A stretch of DNA of 34,304 nucleotides, the filler included, from an uncultured virus (IMG/VR IMGVR_UViG_2049941000_000096) (lineage: Duplodnaviria; Heunggongvirae; Uroviricota; Caudoviricetes). It is 13 parts of one record of this genome, joined end to end, with 100 filler letters (N's around TTAATTAATTAA, not from the genome) between each part and the next. Parts side by side here need not be neighbours in the genome. Positions count along the whole stretch, not along the records: positions 29,931 to 32,139 come from IMGVR_UViG_2049941000_000096; positions 32,240 to 34,304 come from IMGVR_UViG_2049941000_000096; 11 more parts are not named here. One strand, 5' to 3'. Position 1 is the first letter of the stretch; every line of letters begins with the position of its first letter. Below are positions 31,068-34,304 of the stretch, one piece after another. Both the position numbers and the translations under genes were made by a program. The notes beneath the pieces were generated by a model, which ran no database searches, had not been told where the DNA came from, and saw only the letters and a program-made list of their open reading frames with translations.

Positions 31068-31594
31068 AAAAGAAGTATAGGTACACAATGGGTATTGATC
31101 CTTCAGGAGCTTATAAGGAGGGTAAAGGTACAACCGGTTGGTGCATCCTTGATAACCGAACTAATAAATTACTCCGTGTAGGAACAATATCTGCGAAGAA
31201 CTACGACTCAGAGGTCGAGTACTGGAATGCTCACATAGACAGAATCAAGTGGGCACACAGACACTACAAAAGCTTAGCCATAAGTATAGAGGATTATATT
31301 CTATACAAGAGTTCAGCTATGGCTCAAGTTAATAGTCAGCTTGAAACTGTACAGCTACTAGGGATCATTAAGTATTTCTGTTATTACAATGACTTAGAAA
31401 TATTTATCCGTCCAGCAGTAGCTGTAAAGAAACGCTGGTCAGATGATATCCTTATATTCAAGGGAATCATTGAGAAGATTGGTGCAAGATACATGGTCCC
31501 TGACAGTCACCAATCAATATGTGAGCATGAACGTGATTCAATAAGACACGCTGTACACTTCAACATATTTGAAAACGAGGAGGTAAATAAATGA
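31064..31594 (+). CDS. RuvC-like Holliday junction resolvase
   Basis: Start at 31064 after AAGGAGAAGG; MGIDPSG...TTGW, ISIEDY, and HERDSIRHA give the RNase H-fold acidic residues. Confidence 0.8.
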   Translation: MKKKYRYTMGIDPSGAYKEGKGTTGWCILDNRTNKLLRVGTISAKNYDSEVEYWNAHIDRIKWAHRHYKSLAISIEDYILYKSSAMAQVNSQLETVQLLGIIKYFCYYNDLEIFIRPAVAVKKRWSDDILIFKGIIEKIGARYMVPDSHQSICEHERDSIRHAVHFNIFENEEVNK

Positions 31595-32139
31595 AAGACC
31601 AGGATTTAGAAGCTTTAGGATTAAAGATCGTATAGGTAACGAGTTCNNNNNNNNNNTGCCAAGTTTAATAAGGAAGAGTTCATAACTATCCGCAGGAACT
31701 CTTTCGGAGCATCGGATAGTTCAATACTCTTAGGAGTTAATCCTTTTTCAGACAGGGATAAACTTATAGAACAGAAGTGCGCTAAAGCAGTTACACAGGA
31801 AGAACTGGAAGTTGGTGAGAAGGAAAACGTACGTAAAGGTGCAGACCTTGAGCCGCTGATCCTGAATAAGTTTGAGCATTGGTCTGGATTTGACACATAC
31901 AAACCTGATGCTATGTATCAGATAGAGATACATCCTCAGCTCACAGTAAACTTTGATGGTGTAATCTGTCTGGATAAGACTTATATTCCTGTAGAAGCTA
32001 AGTTCGTAAGTACTTATGCTACAAAATACTGGAATAAGAGCAAAGCAATCAAAGCACCACACGAAGGATTCCCTGTACGCTGTGCAGGAAGAGATATTCA
32101 AACACATATAAAAGACACTGCTGAAGCATACGGGATCCC
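31591..32139 (+). CDS. YqaJ/lambda-exonuclease-like recombination nuclease (gapped, 3' truncated)
   Basis: RRNSFGASDSSILLGVNPF, KGADLEPLI and HPQLTVNFDGV...VEAK (PD-(D/E)xK). Confidence 0.88.
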
Positions 32140-32239
32140 NNNNNNNNNNNNNNNNNNNNNNNNNNNNNNNNNNNNNNNNNNNNTTAATTAATTAANNNNN
32201 NNNNNNNNNNNNNNNNNNNNNNNNNNNNNNNNNNNNNNN

Positions 32240-34304
32240 GAAGTAGTAGTAGCCCAGTCTGAAAGCTCAAGCATCATACCTGAGTCAAGTATTACTGTAT
32301 TATCAAGAATCTTTTCAAAAAATTTATCATCAGTCTTATTACTGAAAAGCTTCGGAGTATAGTCTACTACAACATACTTATTGTTTTTATCAAGCACAAG
32401 TTTACATACGTGTACATCATTTGCAGCGATCTGCTTTGTTATGAATTCACGCTGGTCTTTTGTATAAAGTCCTTTAAGTACACCAGCATCTCTGAGAAAG
32501 TTACTGGTCTTCATATATTCATTATTCATAACACTACCAAGATCATGCACAGCAGATATATTATTACGAAGTTGCTGTGTACTCTGTGCCAGATTGCTGA
32601 GGAAATCATCTGTGTAGTACGGGTTTACAAACTGCTTTACTTCTGCGCTAGTCCACATACTACAGTTGTACAACTCATTAGCCCAAGGCTGAAAGTTTTC
32701 ATTAATATCGAGTATAGCATCGACATCACTGAAGAATGTATTCTTAAGTGCTGTGCAGTGATTCTTGTTCATAAGAGTCATATCGCTGGCACCGAATGAA
32801 GAATGACNNNNNNNNNNTTAATGAATATACAGGAGCAGAACCAGTATCTATAACAGCTTTTATACTGTGTAAAAATGATTCAGCATTACTTACGTAAAGA
32901 TTTACCTGATCCATTTTAAAATGTTTAAAAGTATACTGATACTCAGCGCGGAATGCATCTATAATATTTTTAGCATCATTACTGTACTCATATATAGGTT
33001 CAATGTTCTTTTCTATATTGGCAAGCATTTCCTCGAAATTTACGAAGTTNNNNNNNNNNNNNNNNNNNNNNNNNNNNNNNNNNNNNNNNNNNNNNNNNNN
33101 NNNNNNNNNNNNNNNNNNNNNNNNNNNNNNNNNNNNNNNNNNNNNNNNNNNNNNNNNNNNNNNNNNNNNNNNNNNNNNNNNNNNNNNNNNNNNNNNNNNN
33201 NNNNNNNNNNNNNNNNNNNNNNNNNNNNNNNNNNNNNNNNNNNNNNNNNNNNNNNNNNNNNNNNNNNNNNNNNNNNNNNNNNNNNNNNNNNNNNNNNNNN
33301 NNNNNNNNNNNNNNNNNNNNNNNNNNNNNNNNNNNNNNNNNNNNNNNNNNNNNNNNNNNNNNNNNNNNNNNNNNNNNNNNNNNNNNNNNNNNNNNNNNNN
33401 NNNNNNNNNNNNNNNNNNNNNNNNNNNNNNNNNNNNNNNNNNNNNNNNNNNNNNNNNNNNNNNNNNNNNNNNNNNNNNNNNNNNNNNNNNNNNNNNNNNN
33501 NNNNNNNNNNNNNNNNNNNNNNNNNNNNNNNNNNNNNNNNNNNNNNNNNNNNNNNNNNNNNNNNNNNNNNNNNNNNNNNNNNNNNNNNNNNNNNNNNNNN
33601 NNNNNNNNNNNNNNNNNNNNNNNNNNNNNNNNNNNNNNNNNNNNNNNNNNNNNNNNNNNNNNNNNNNNNNNNNNNNNNNNNNNNNNNNNNNNNNNNNGTA
33701 CAGCTTTCTGTTTGTAACAGTCCCCTGTGTAAAGTCAATAGCTTCTACTTTAGCACCATAAGATCTCCACTGATCGAATAGTAAAGCAAGGTTAGTATCT
33801 TTCAAACCTTCCCAACCAGGCTCTATAACAAGACCGCCTAAACAGTTACGTGCCATGTGTGCTTTAAATGCTTCTTCATTAAGTTCAGCAACCGCTGCTA
33901 TAGACTGACTACGTATAGCAGCTCCTGTACTTGCTTTAAATTCATTAGCTGCTGTGACACCACTGTTTACAGCTATACGATTTTTCATTTCAGACGTATA
34001 GTGTATATGAATATTAGGGTCTTCAAAATAATTTTCTGCTTCTATATCAAGCTCTATTATTTTAGAACGTTCAGCTTTACNNNNNNNNNNGCTTTAAGTA
34101 TGTAAGCGTATCTTCATTATACTGCATAACTTCATTAAGACCCTTCGTTGAAGAGTCTACATAGTTTCGTACTGCTGTACCAAGACTTCCATATAGATAC
34201 ATAGCTACAGTTGCACTACGTATGGTCTTTTTATATATGGTGTACATTGAGCCAAGCCACTCAGGTACATTTGAAGTCTGGAGTTTAAGCGCACAGGAAG
34301 TAGT
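32240..34304 (-). CDS. Giant virion protein, internal fragments (32240-32807, 32818-33049, 33699-34080, 34091-34304)
   Basis: Mostly open minus-strand frames. The piece starting at 34304 (TTSCALKLQ...LGTAVRNYVDS) overlaps the end at 32240 (DWATTT) by ACTACTTC; it meets a stop near its contig edge (~34120). Confidence 0.55.

Noticed and set aside
31633..31635. In-frame TAG in the YqaJ 5' piece (and at 10980-10982) as evidence of amber recoding
   Set aside because: Both lie within about 12 nt of contig edges, where errors cluster. TAG is a real stop for the genes ending at 7488, 7872, 9575 and 14643, each followed by an RBS or terminator.
485..32195. Twelve copies of TTAATTAATTAA as a repeat family or CRISPR-like array
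   Set aside because: Every copy is embedded in N runs; this is a synthetic six-frame-stop linker, not biological sequence.

Overview
This window is a fragmented, concatenated assembly of a tailed dsDNA phage, probably podovirus-like and infecting a Firmicutes host (inferred from GGAGG-type RBSs, a sigma70/sigmaA-type promoter and a GH73 endolysin). It is about 13 scaffolds joined by artificial N-TTAATTAATTAA-N linkers, with many internal N gaps and demonstrably misordered contigs. The minus strand carries the morphogenesis arm: large terminase, portal, scaffold, N4-gp56-type major capsid, adaptor, tail/nozzle and fibre proteins, endolysin, an accessory cassette, and ejection proteins including a giant protein scattered over at least 6 scaffolds. 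The plus strand carries the early/replication arm: HNH endonuclease, HTH regulators, SNF2 helicase, Sak4-like AAA ATPase, SSB, MCM-type helicase, family A DNA polymerase, RuvC-like resolvase and YqaJ-like exonuclease. The most unusual element is a ThiF/E1-like adenylyltransferase gene directly followed, on one gap-free contig, by a retron-class reverse transcriptase. Only 76 nt separate them, too little for a canonical msr-msd. All product calls come from motif recognition by eye; no database search was run.
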